33,429 bases of DNA from Fimbriimonadaceae bacterium. GTDB taxonomy: Bacteria; Armatimonadota; Fimbriimonadia; Fimbriimonadales; Fimbriimonadaceae. Below the pieces are notes generated by a model. The model saw only the letters and a list, made by a program, of their open reading frames with translations, ran no database searches and was not told where the DNA came from. The position numbers and the translations under genes are program-made. The stretch covers positions 1 to 33,429 of the forward strand of contig JACMJO010000074.1 in the NCBI GenBank assembly GCA_014380605.1, written 5' to 3'. Shown here one piece after another: positions 1 to 7,543 of the stretch (position 1 is the first letter of the stretch; each line of letters opens with the position of its first letter).

Positions 1-872
1 CCCCAATCCGTGAACCAAGGGTAACCGGCAATGATCGATGTTCTGCTCTCAGTCTTGACAATGAATTTCTTAACCGCATCTTCGAGCATCGGCTGGATAC
101 GGATCGTATTCGAGACATCTTCCGTCGGGATAGTTATGGGTTGGACTTCGTTCCGATCTGAGGCGGCCAGAATGGCGACCTCGCCCGCCCGCAACTCATA
201 GCGAAGCTCAAAGGGGCAGAACAGGTCGTCACGAGGATCGAGCCCTCGGTCGACTTCGCTTGTATGTTCAAATCGGTAGTACCAACCCTGCACAGGAACC
301 CTTTGTGCCCCAGGGTGGGAGATCGTCAAAGTCACGCCTTTGTCCAGGATCGAAGTGCTCCCGCGATGAAACTGTAAGTCGTCCGGAAAAGAAGGGCTCT
401 CCACAAAGTTCTCATGATGCGGCTTGCGACAGACGAGAGGACGCAGAGTCAGCAATAGGGGCCGCTCGCCGGTGTTCTCAAAATCCATCGTAATCGCGTT
501 CTCCCCAGGGTGCAGGAAGAGCCTCTTTCGGACGTTCAACTTCTCGGCTTCATATTCCCAGATCGCAACCTTGCCCACTGAGAACGACTTCATGTAGAGG
601 TATCCCTCAGGATAAACCGCACCGGGGTACTGGTTAGTCGAGAGCCCAATGGGATTGCCGTTGCCCTGCATAAATACATCGAGGGAGGCAAGCAGCATCA
701 CTCGATCTGATGGGGGTTTCTCAGCGGCAACCAGTAACCCGTGATAGCGCCTGGTGTTGATTCCACTCGGCGTCCCCATCGCGTACCCGCCAATCCCATT
801 GGTCAACAGCCATTCTCGGCGAGCGGAAACCTCAAGGTTCCCACATTGTTGCGAATCAAGCCGATAGATCAT
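1..872 (-). CDS. glycogen debranching enzyme family protein (GDE_N / amylo-alpha-1,6-glucosidase type), N-terminal ~290 codons only; continues past window start
   Basis: Not in the ORF track because it is open at the window edge. My reverse-strand translation from ATG (872-870) reads MIYRLDSQQCGNLEVSARREWLLTNGIGGYAMGTPSGINTRRYHGLLVAAEKPP...KTESRTSIIAGYPWFTDWG with no stop down to position 1. INTRRYHGLL and AGYPWFTDWG(RD) are hallmark motifs of the bacterial/archaeal-type debranching enzyme family. Confidence 0.8.
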   Translation of the reverse strand, partial: MIYRLDSQQCGNLEVSARREWLLTNGIGGYAMGTPSGINTRRYHGLLVAAEKPPSDRVMLLASLDVFMQGNGNPIGLSTNQYPGAVYPEGYLYMKSFSVGKVAIWEYEAEKLNVRKRLFLHPGENAITMDFENTGERPLLLTLRPLVCRKPHHENFVESPSFPDDLQFHRGSTSILDKGVTLTISHPGAQRVPVQGWYYRFEHTSEVDRGLDPRDDLFCPFELRYELRAGEVAILAASDRNEVQPITIPTEDVSNTIRIQPMLEDAVKKFIVKTESRTSIIAGYPWFTDW

Positions 873-2467
873 GGCTTGCTGGGCAGAGCGCTGATCGTCT
901 GCGATGGCGGCGATGTTGGCTTCGTGCGAACCGGCTTGCGCCGCTCTAGTATTCCAAGAAAATCGTTCATCCGGAAACGAACGCCTAAGGCGTAATCGCG
1001 TGGAAACTCTCGGCGGATCAGATACGGCTCCAAGCACCCGACTACTTGGCTAATCGAATACTCCTGGTCATACCATTTCTTTCGGTTGAAGTCGAATTTT
1101 GCGAGATAGCTAATCTTTGTCGGTCCAAGATTGATGTCCGCTCGAAGGTGGGCGGCGTTGCGGGAAACCAATTGATCGGCAAGGAAGTTGGGCTTTCCCG
1201 CCTCGAATCCAGAAATCCATGCGGCTCCAAGGGCTACTTGAGGGATAGGCTGGTAAAGGATTCCGGTTTGCGCGCGGCCCCACCCAAACGACCCCTTCTC
1301 ACCCGCGACTCCGTAGGCGTCAAACCGAATGTCCGTTTGAAGTCCCCGAGCCAGCTGAATCGCCGGAGCCTGAAGCGAAGCATACGCCACTCCACGCTCC
1401 ACGAAGTCCTCGCTGTTTCTTTGAATCGATTGGGCTCGAGCCTGCCAGTAAAGTCCAAAGTTTCCCACTGGACCTCCTCGCTCGTAGGCGACATCGATCG
1501 CCTTGTTGAAATCCTCTCCTTCGATCCTTGCCGAAGACCCCGTATTCCAGATGGTTTGCGCGGTAATGGAGTTTCTAAGTTTGTTGGCAAAACTCCGGGA
1601 GGTCAATATGGTTCCGACTCGAATGTCATCGAAGTAAGACCAGGAGAACCTTTCAAGCAATTCTGACCTGGCAGCAATCTTTGCGGTCGATGCATCGGCC
1701 GGAATGAACGACTTCGCGTAGGTAACCCCATAGGAAGGAGTCTCCTTTGGGAAACTCGAAAAGCTCGCCATGACGATACTTTGATCATCCAGCAGCAAAC
1801 CACTGCTCCAACTCACTCCAAAACCGGACCCTTTCTTATAGGAGATAGAGGGCACCTGGATTCCTGGACTTCGACGGTCGAGTGAGAATCTACGAGTGGG
1901 GAGCGTGCCTATTTCTTTGCCAAAGATAGAAATTCTTGGAGAGTAGGCTGTTCCATTCCTGCCGGGGACAATAACGACCTTTTTCGACCTTAAATAGAAC
2001 AAGGGGATAGGTTGCTTGCAGTTGGTTCCCTCGACATTCAAAAACTCCCATCGATCTGGGCGAATGATCGCGCTTTCCGCTTTCGCCGAAACCCCGCCAA
2101 GCTCAAGTTCGATGCGATCTGCGGTTGCGATCTGGCCATCAGGGCCTTTCTTGTCTCCAAACCAGAACACGAACGAAGCGGCTTTGAACTCGCCTTCAGG
2201 ATCTTCGATCCGAACATTGCCTCTGGCGATCGCATATCGATCTGCGGCAGCCCCATGGACCTCAAGCCGATCCGCAAAGACCATCGTCGGGCCAAACTTT
2301 GCCGCAACTCGATCCGTGTAGACGATAATCTCACGAATCGGGTCGATCTCGACAACCTTGCCTGTGACCTGAAGTTCGTCGCCAAAATCGCCCAACGCCG
2401 GTTTCCTAACCTGCTCTTGGATGGGCAGTACCGGCGGATCGGGTGGGATCGTCCAAGCGAACGGCAT
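869..2467 (-). CDS. OstA/LptD-like outer-membrane beta-barrel protein (putative LPS-assembly protein)
   Basis: 532-aa ORF. The N-terminal third shows the OstA/LptA-type beta-jellyroll pattern (FADRLEVHG, ARGNVRIEDPEG, ATADRIELE). The rest is beta-rich with G/S/Y/W/F-rich alternating strands, as in OM barrels. The stop TGA overlaps the ATG of the downstream debranching-enzyme gene (ATGA, 869-872). The family call is by eye only, and there is no N-terminal signal peptide (see findings). Confidence 0.45.
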   Translation of the reverse strand: MPFAWTIPPDPPVLPIQEQVRKPALGDFGDELQVTGKVVEIDPIREIIVYTDRVAAKFGPTMVFADRLEVHGAAADRYAIARGNVRIEDPEGEFKAASFVFWFGDKKGPDGQIATADRIELELGGVSAKAESAIIRPDRWEFLNVEGTNCKQPIPLFYLRSKKVVIVPGRNGTAYSPRISIFGKEIGTLPTRRFSLDRRSPGIQVPSISYKKGSGFGVSWSSGLLLDDQSIVMASFSSFPKETPSYGVTYAKSFIPADASTAKIAARSELLERFSWSYFDDIRVGTILTSRSFANKLRNSITAQTIWNTGSSARIEGEDFNKAIDVAYERGGPVGNFGLYWQARAQSIQRNSEDFVERGVAYASLQAPAIQLARGLQTDIRFDAYGVAGEKGSFGWGRAQTGILYQPIPQVALGAAWISGFEAGKPNFLADQLVSRNAAHLRADINLGPTKISYLAKFDFNRKKWYDQEYSISQVVGCLEPYLIRREFPRDYALGVRFRMNDFLGILERRKPVRTKPTSPPSQTISALPSKP

Positions 2468-2499
2468 TGAGGGGAGTGTACCGTTGCGATTCGACGTAT

Positions 2500-2525
2500 G
2501 AACTTTAGGATATTCCCGAGACGTC
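2500..2525 (+). promoter_or_regulatory. candidate ECF-type (autoregulated) promoter: GAACTT-N16-CGTC
   Basis: GAACTT at 2500-2505 and CGTC at 2522-2525 lie 12 nt upstream of the sigma-factor GTG (2538). This resembles the AAC ... CGT architecture of ECF promoters, with the AAC-to-CGT spacer (18 nt) at the long end. It implies a very short leader. Confidence 0.3.
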
Positions 2526-2537
2526 GTGTAGAATAAC

Positions 2538-3113
2538 GTGTCTCAAGTACAAACAATGCTCGATACGAAACTGTTTTCCGGGTCAATCTTCGACCAAGCC
2601 GCACAGGAGCGCCAATGGGTGGCTCGGTGTCGCGAAGGCGATGAGAATGCTCTTACCTTACTAATCGCCAGGCATCGAAGTCGTTTAGTTCGCACTGCAA
2701 GCAACCTGCTACGTGATCGTCACGAGGCTGAAGACGTTGCGCAGGAAGCGTTCCTAAAGGGATTTCGAGAAATTCACAAACTTCGGGAAGACCGAGCTTT
2801 TGCTGGATATCTCTACAAGATTTGCGTCCGTCTCTGCATGGATCGGCTTCGCCTGAAGCGCGCAGAGTTGACGGAATTCGATAGCGTCCAACCGCATGAG
2901 GGTGGACATGTTGAGAATCGAGTAGTCATCGAAAAGCTGTTGGCACAGCTCCCTTACGAGCTTCGCACAACCCTGGTCCTTCGCGAAATGGAACAGCTCA
3001 GTTACGACGAGGTCGCCGAGGTGATGCATGTCCCAATCGGCACAGTCAGATCTCGACTCCATACAGCGCGAGAGCGGTTCCGAAAACTTTGGATCGAGGC
3101 GGTGGGTGAGTGA
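2538..3113 (+). CDS. RNA polymerase sigma-70 family, ECF subfamily sigma factor
   Basis: 191 aa. The region-2 motif is DRHEAEDVAQEAFLKGFREIHKLRED..FAGYLYKICVRLCMDRLR. The region-4 HTH is LRTTLVLREMEQLSYDEVAEVMHVPIGTVRSRLHTARERFRKLW. GTG start; an alternative ATG lies at 2556. Confidence 0.9.
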   Translation: MSQVQTMLDTKLFSGSIFDQAAQERQWVARCREGDENALTLLIARHRSRLVRTASNLLRDRHEAEDVAQEAFLKGFREIHKLREDRAFAGYLYKICVRLCMDRLRLKRAELTEFDSVQPHEGGHVENRVVIEKLLAQLPYELRTTLVLREMEQLSYDEVAEVMHVPIGTVRSRLHTARERFRKLWIEAVGE

Positions 3114-3559
3114 GCTATCGGTTGTTCGGATGCGGCAAGTATCGCCGTTTGATGCATGAAAAGTATGATCGCGCCCTGTCTTTGCGAGAGCGCGAGTTCA
3201 TGGCTCAGCATCGAGCAGTTTGCGCCGAGTGCCACCACGAAGAAATTCAAGGAGCCTCCGCGCTAAACATGCTGAGGCTTGCTTCAATCGAAGAGGACAT
3301 CTACGAGTCTGGCCAAGTTTTCCAAGAAAGGGTGCTCCGAAGACTCAAAGTACGAGACACCCGAGAGTCTGTCCGGTATTGGAGCCCTGCGTTTGTTGGC
3401 GCGGCAATTGCCGGTCTTACCGTTCTCGCCGCTTTACAATTGGTTTCTGGGCGACCGAGCATGCCCAGTTCGGCTAACCCAGCGGGCGAGGTAAGACTCG
3501 AACGGAATTTAGGTCGATTGCCCCTAATCGACATAGACAAAATCGAACGAATGAGATGA
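3110..3559 (+). CDS. anti-sigma factor, zinc-finger (ZAS, H-x3-C-x2-C) type, single-pass membrane
   Basis: Its GTG start overlaps the sigma stop (GTGA, 3110-3113). The N-terminal segment AQHRAVCAEC gives H-x3-C-x2-C. One TM segment is present (YWSPAFVGAAIAGLTVLAALQLV). Position directly after an ECF sigma is typical for the family. Confidence 0.75.
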   Translation: MSYRLFGCGKYRRLMHEKYDRALSLREREFMAQHRAVCAECHHEEIQGASALNMLRLASIEEDIYESGQVFQERVLRRLKVRDTRESVRYWSPAFVGAAIAGLTVLAALQLVSGRPSMPSSANPAGEVRLERNLGRLPLIDIDKIERMR

Positions 3560-5106
3560 CTCTTTGGTCGAGAGCCTGCTTTGGGGCTCTCATCGGCGCG
3601 GTCCTTACACTGTTTATTCATCCGGGTTCGCGAACATTCGTAGCCGGTCCGTTCTCTGTATCTCCGGACGCAGTCCTTAAGCAACATTCGGGCTTGCCAA
3701 CTTCCTTTCCGGCTACCTTGCCAACTCCGGACGATGAAATCTCGGGAAGTCTCTGGATTCACGTAGGAGCGGAGCGTATCCGCAACAAATCTGGCTTGTC
3801 TTCGGATCAAGTTCAGGGCTTAATCAAGATCGCCGATACTCGAGCAGCCAAAGATCCAAGCAATGCATTCTGGAAACTGTCGCTTGCCATTTTCTACAGT
3901 CACATTGGCAAGGTTGATCTTGCCCTAGGCGCTTGGATGGATGCATCCAGGTGCCTGACGTACAACGATTATCAATCTCGCTACCTTTCCCAGGTTCGAG
4001 ACGTTCTGGCACGATCATCCGCCACCAATGCCTGGCAGTTTGCCTATTGCTACCGCCTGAGGTCTTTTGCCTTCGTCCTATTGGTGGATTCTTATGCCAG
4101 GAACTTAGTTTCTGAGTTGAACCGATCCGACCCGAAGCACTTGTCTACGAGATACGCTACTCTCGCTAATGGTGGCCTGATTCGTGATGGATCCAGAAAC
4201 CTGGCCACGATGCAGATCGGAATTTCGATCGTCGAACTTGCCTCCCACCCCCGTCAGGTTCAATCAAACACCAGCATCAAGAGGCTCCTCATCGCCCACT
4301 TTGAGTTTAAGGAAGCCCTCAGAACCGCAGGAATGATTGAGCAGGCAGAGAATGTAGAAAGTGTCTATAACGAGAACGATGGTTGGAGCGCCTTGACCGC
4401 GCGCCAAGACACCCAAAAAATCGCCTCAAACCTAACGCTGGCGAGCGCCGTTTGGCCGAATCTACCGGGTGTTTTTTTACAAGGCTCGATGATCTCTAGC
4501 CTGCTGTGGCTCCTAGGTTATTGCATCATAAGGTTTGTCAAGCACTCCCCAAGCAAAGCCGCCATATCGACTTATCTCTTGGCGGTGACCATGGTGGTTG
4601 CGGTTTACATGCTCACCCAATCTTGGCTTGCGATGTCAGCAACCGCACTCTGTTGTCTATTCTCACTGATCAGTCCCAAAACGGTACGGGCTAGTGTTCC
4701 CGCCGACCTCGGCCCCCTATTCACGGTCGTGAACATCACCTTGGCTATCGCCTTTACCGGGCTCGTGGCAACAATGTTCGCGACAAGAACGCTTCCCGTC
4801 CTGGCTAGCGCTTCTGCCTTTGATCCCCAGATTGCCACGCTCGTAGACTTCAATGTAACCGCCGGGTTGGCCATCATTGTCGTGGCATGCTTGTTCCTAG
4901 TCTCACCCCTATGGGCGCTTGCGCAACATGTCCGCACGCTCGACGTGCTAGGCAGAGGATTTCAGAAGTTCGGAGTGATCGGTACGACCATCGGCCTCTT
5001 GCTGTGTGTGGTCTCAACACCGATATGCATTTACTTCGAATCCGAGAATCAGCAGACGTTTCGCATGCTGCTTGAGAATGAACCCGTGTACTATCTCCGC
5101 CAGTAG
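3556..5106 (+). CDS. hypothetical polytopic membrane protein co-transcribed with ECF sigma/anti-sigma
   Basis: 516 aa, with an ATGA overlap onto the anti-sigma stop (3556-3559). It has an N-terminal TM (ACFGALIGAVLTLFIHPG), a soluble region of ~280 aa, then 5-6 C-terminal TM helices (e.g. SSLLWLLGYCII, LLAVTMVVAVYMLTQSWLAM, LFTVVNITLAIAFTGLVATMF, GLAIIVVACLFLVSPLWALA, IGTTIGLLLCVVSTPICIYF). I recognise no family. Confidence 0.7.
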   Translation: MTLWSRACFGALIGAVLTLFIHPGSRTFVAGPFSVSPDAVLKQHSGLPTSFPATLPTPDDEISGSLWIHVGAERIRNKSGLSSDQVQGLIKIADTRAAKDPSNAFWKLSLAIFYSHIGKVDLALGAWMDASRCLTYNDYQSRYLSQVRDVLARSSATNAWQFAYCYRLRSFAFVLLVDSYARNLVSELNRSDPKHLSTRYATLANGGLIRDGSRNLATMQIGISIVELASHPRQVQSNTSIKRLLIAHFEFKEALRTAGMIEQAENVESVYNENDGWSALTARQDTQKIASNLTLASAVWPNLPGVFLQGSMISSLLWLLGYCIIRFVKHSPSKAAISTYLLAVTMVVAVYMLTQSWLAMSATALCCLFSLISPKTVRASVPADLGPLFTVVNITLAIAFTGLVATMFATRTLPVLASASAFDPQIATLVDFNVTAGLAIIVVACLFLVSPLWALAQHVRTLDVLGRGFQKFGVIGTTIGLLLCVVSTPICIYFESENQQTFRMLLENEPVYYLRQ

Positions 5107-5112
5107 CGATCG

Positions 5113-7491
5113 ATGAACGAACAGACACTAGCGAGAATATGCGAGTTAGACCAGCAGCGGAAAAACCTCGTGGATAGCCTCAGGCACAAGCCGGCAGGTC
5201 TTGCCTGGTGCCAAAGCCACACCGATCTGTTCGATGGAGCGATTGAAGCGCTTGTCGCGGAATCGACGAGCCTGAACCCAGCGATGGCGCACTTGACTGT
5301 GATCAGTACCGGCGGATACGGCAGGCGTGAAATGTCTCCCTATTCCGATGTCGATATTACGGTCGTGCCTCCAGAGGAATCGTCGCCTGAGTTAGACCGA
5401 GCCATCCGGGCGTTCTTCCAAGACCTCCACACGACGTTTGGCTCCATCTTTGGAGTTGGGGTCGGATATGCCTACCGTCTCATCGCCGATGCCCCGGGCC
5501 TCGACGCCAAGTCTCGAACAGGCCTCGTCGATGCCCGACTGCTTGCCGGCCCAATCGACCTTTTCCAGAGGCTGAACGACGAACTCGACGCTACGATGGC
5601 GGCGGGCGAATTCATCCTCTCAAAGATTGCGGAGCGAGAAGCCGCGTTTGCCAAGTACAACGAGACTCCTCTCGTTGTCGAGCCTCATCTAAAAGAAGGC
5701 GCTGGAGGCATGAGATGTTTCCATTGCGCGAACTGGATTCGAAGTTCGATCGGCGAGCGGGAGTGTAAGCCCACCAAGGCCTATGACAGGGTCGTTCAAA
5801 CCAGAAACCTCCTGCACATGGTTACTGGTCGAGCTACAGACACGCTCACTCGAGCTCGCCAGGAAGAACTCGCATCCATCCAGCAAGCAGGCGAATCCGA
5901 GATGATGTCGGAGGTGGTCCTCGCCGCCAGCGAGGTTCATAACGAGTATCTGTCCACCAAGGACAGGCTTTTAGACACTCGCTTTTCCCTCTCAAGAAGC
6001 GTGACCGCGATTCGCGGCGAGGCACGGATTACGGCCAACGCCGATGCCGGAGAGTCGGCGGTCGGACTAAGTATCGCTACCGCCTTGGGACTCAGGGTTG
6101 CCGACCTCCAGGCTCATCCAGGCTCGAAAGTATCGGGCGCGGCGGCGGCCTATGCGATCACGACGGGAGAGCGAACCCTCAGAAATCTTGACCGCGCCGG
6201 TCTCCTAGAGCATCTTTTGCCGGAGCTCACTAAATGCCGAGCACTGATGCCGCAGGACAACGTCCACCGATTTACCGTCTTCGAGCACACGCTTCAGTTG
6301 GTTCGACATCTCGACAATCTGCCTAGCCCAAGTTACTTGGCGGACCTTCGAGCGAACTTACACGACCTCGAACCCCTCTATCTGGCCGCCCTGCTTCACG
6401 ACGTTGGCAAAGTGGACACCGCCCGCCCTCACAGCGATTCTGGCGCTGAGCTTGCCTTCGGGGTTTGTCAGCGCTGGCATTTGTCGGCGGAAACGTCGGA
6501 CCTGGTTCGGTGGCTGGTTCAAGAACATCTGACGATGATGAGGTTTGTTCGACTTCGGGACATCGACAATCCCGACACCATCCGAGAATTCGCCGCCATT
6601 GTAAGGGATCAGTCCCGACTTGATCTTTTGACCCTCATCACTTGGGCAGACGTCAATGCGGTCGCTCCAGAGGCATGGACCGCGGCCCAAGAATCGTTCC
6701 TGCATGAGCTCCATCGACGTACCACCGAAGCCCTCGAACTTGAGAACCCAATCCCCTTCGACCCCGCCCAACAGCGGCAACGCCTCATGCGCCAGCTGAA
6801 AGAGGATGTTCCCGCCGAAGACTTGCGCCGATTCGTCGATTCTCTTCCCCCCTACTATCTCGCCAGCACGCCGCCGTCCTTGGTCAAGCTTCACTATCAG
6901 TTGGTGAACAAGGCCCATCAGGGCGAGCCGACGGTCGAATCGTTTACCCAGCCCGAGCTTAGCGCCACGGATATTACAGTCTGCACACGGGACGAGAAGG
7001 GCCTTCTTAGTCGTCTGCTAGGCATCTTCTATGCCTATGACTTGAGCGTTTCGGCCATTCGAGCATGCACTACCGAGACCGATCAACCTGTCGCTCTCGA
7101 TACTTTCACAGTTGCCTATGGCGGACGTCCGGTACCGAATGCAACCAGAGCCGGGGTCAGTTCGGCAATCCTCGCCATGTTAGGCGGGGAGAAGACAACC
7201 GAAGAGATTCTTAGGGAAAGAGGCAAAGACCCTGATCGCGATCAGGAGGTTTTCTCCTACACCTTCATCCCTGGTTCCCCGGCTGTCCTTGAGATTCGTG
7301 CGCCCAGAGGGCGTGGAATGCCTTATCGCTTCAGCCGCTTGATTGCTGCTCAAGGTTGGAACACGTTCGCGGCCAGGGTTGGCCAATGGGCGGACTCAGG
7401 CGCGGCGACGTTCTACATCGGTGCTGGCGATGAAAATCTGTTGACCAAAGAAGCCGTCGAATCCGTTCTCAGCTCCTCAAAACGAGACTAG
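5113..7491 (+). CDS. glnD: [protein-PII] uridylyltransferase / uridylyl-removing enzyme (GlnD-like: NTase + HD + 2 ACT)
   Basis: 792 aa. The nucleotidyltransferase motif is VISTGGYGRREMSPYSDVDITVV. The HD domain reads HRFTVFEHTL...LYLAALLHDVGK. Two C-terminal ACT-like segments are present (ITVCTRDEKGLLSRLLGIFYAYDLSVSAIRA; VLEIRAPRGRGMPYRFSRLIAAQGWN). It starts 6 nt after the upstream stop. Confidence 0.8.
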   Translation: MNEQTLARICELDQQRKNLVDSLRHKPAGLAWCQSHTDLFDGAIEALVAESTSLNPAMAHLTVISTGGYGRREMSPYSDVDITVVPPEESSPELDRAIRAFFQDLHTTFGSIFGVGVGYAYRLIADAPGLDAKSRTGLVDARLLAGPIDLFQRLNDELDATMAAGEFILSKIAEREAAFAKYNETPLVVEPHLKEGAGGMRCFHCANWIRSSIGERECKPTKAYDRVVQTRNLLHMVTGRATDTLTRARQEELASIQQAGESEMMSEVVLAASEVHNEYLSTKDRLLDTRFSLSRSVTAIRGEARITANADAGESAVGLSIATALGLRVADLQAHPGSKVSGAAAAYAITTGERTLRNLDRAGLLEHLLPELTKCRALMPQDNVHRFTVFEHTLQLVRHLDNLPSPSYLADLRANLHDLEPLYLAALLHDVGKVDTARPHSDSGAELAFGVCQRWHLSAETSDLVRWLVQEHLTMMRFVRLRDIDNPDTIREFAAIVRDQSRLDLLTLITWADVNAVAPEAWTAAQESFLHELHRRTTEALELENPIPFDPAQQRQRLMRQLKEDVPAEDLRRFVDSLPPYYLASTPPSLVKLHYQLVNKAHQGEPTVESFTQPELSATDITVCTRDEKGLLSRLLGIFYAYDLSVSAIRACTTETDQPVALDTFTVAYGGRPVPNATRAGVSSAILAMLGGEKTTEEILRERGKDPDRDQEVFSYTFIPGSPAVLEIRAPRGRGMPYRFSRLIAAQGWNTFAARVGQWADSGAATFYIGAGDENLLTKEAVESVLSSSKRD

Positions 7492-7543
7492 CTCTCTCCT
7501 GAGTAGAGACGTTGGGAAGTTTTGTGGCTAAGGCACGCCACCG

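Noticed and set aside
260-995. + strand ORFs 260-493 and 741-995
   Set aside because: They lie antisense to the well-supported glycogen debranching enzyme and LptD-like genes and carry no motifs.
2493-2516. Possible second ECF-like promoter on the minus strand (GGAAT-N15-CGTC) driving the LptD-like gene
   Set aside because: The spacer is 3 nt shorter than in the + strand candidate and outside the usual ECF range. It probably reflects the partial palindromy (GACGT...ACGTC) of this short gap.
7494-7510. Weak hairpin TCTCT-CCTGAGT-AGAGA between the convergent glnD and the 927-aa gene
   Set aside because: The stem is a 5-bp AT/GA-rich pairing with no proper U-tract, so it is not convincing as a terminator.
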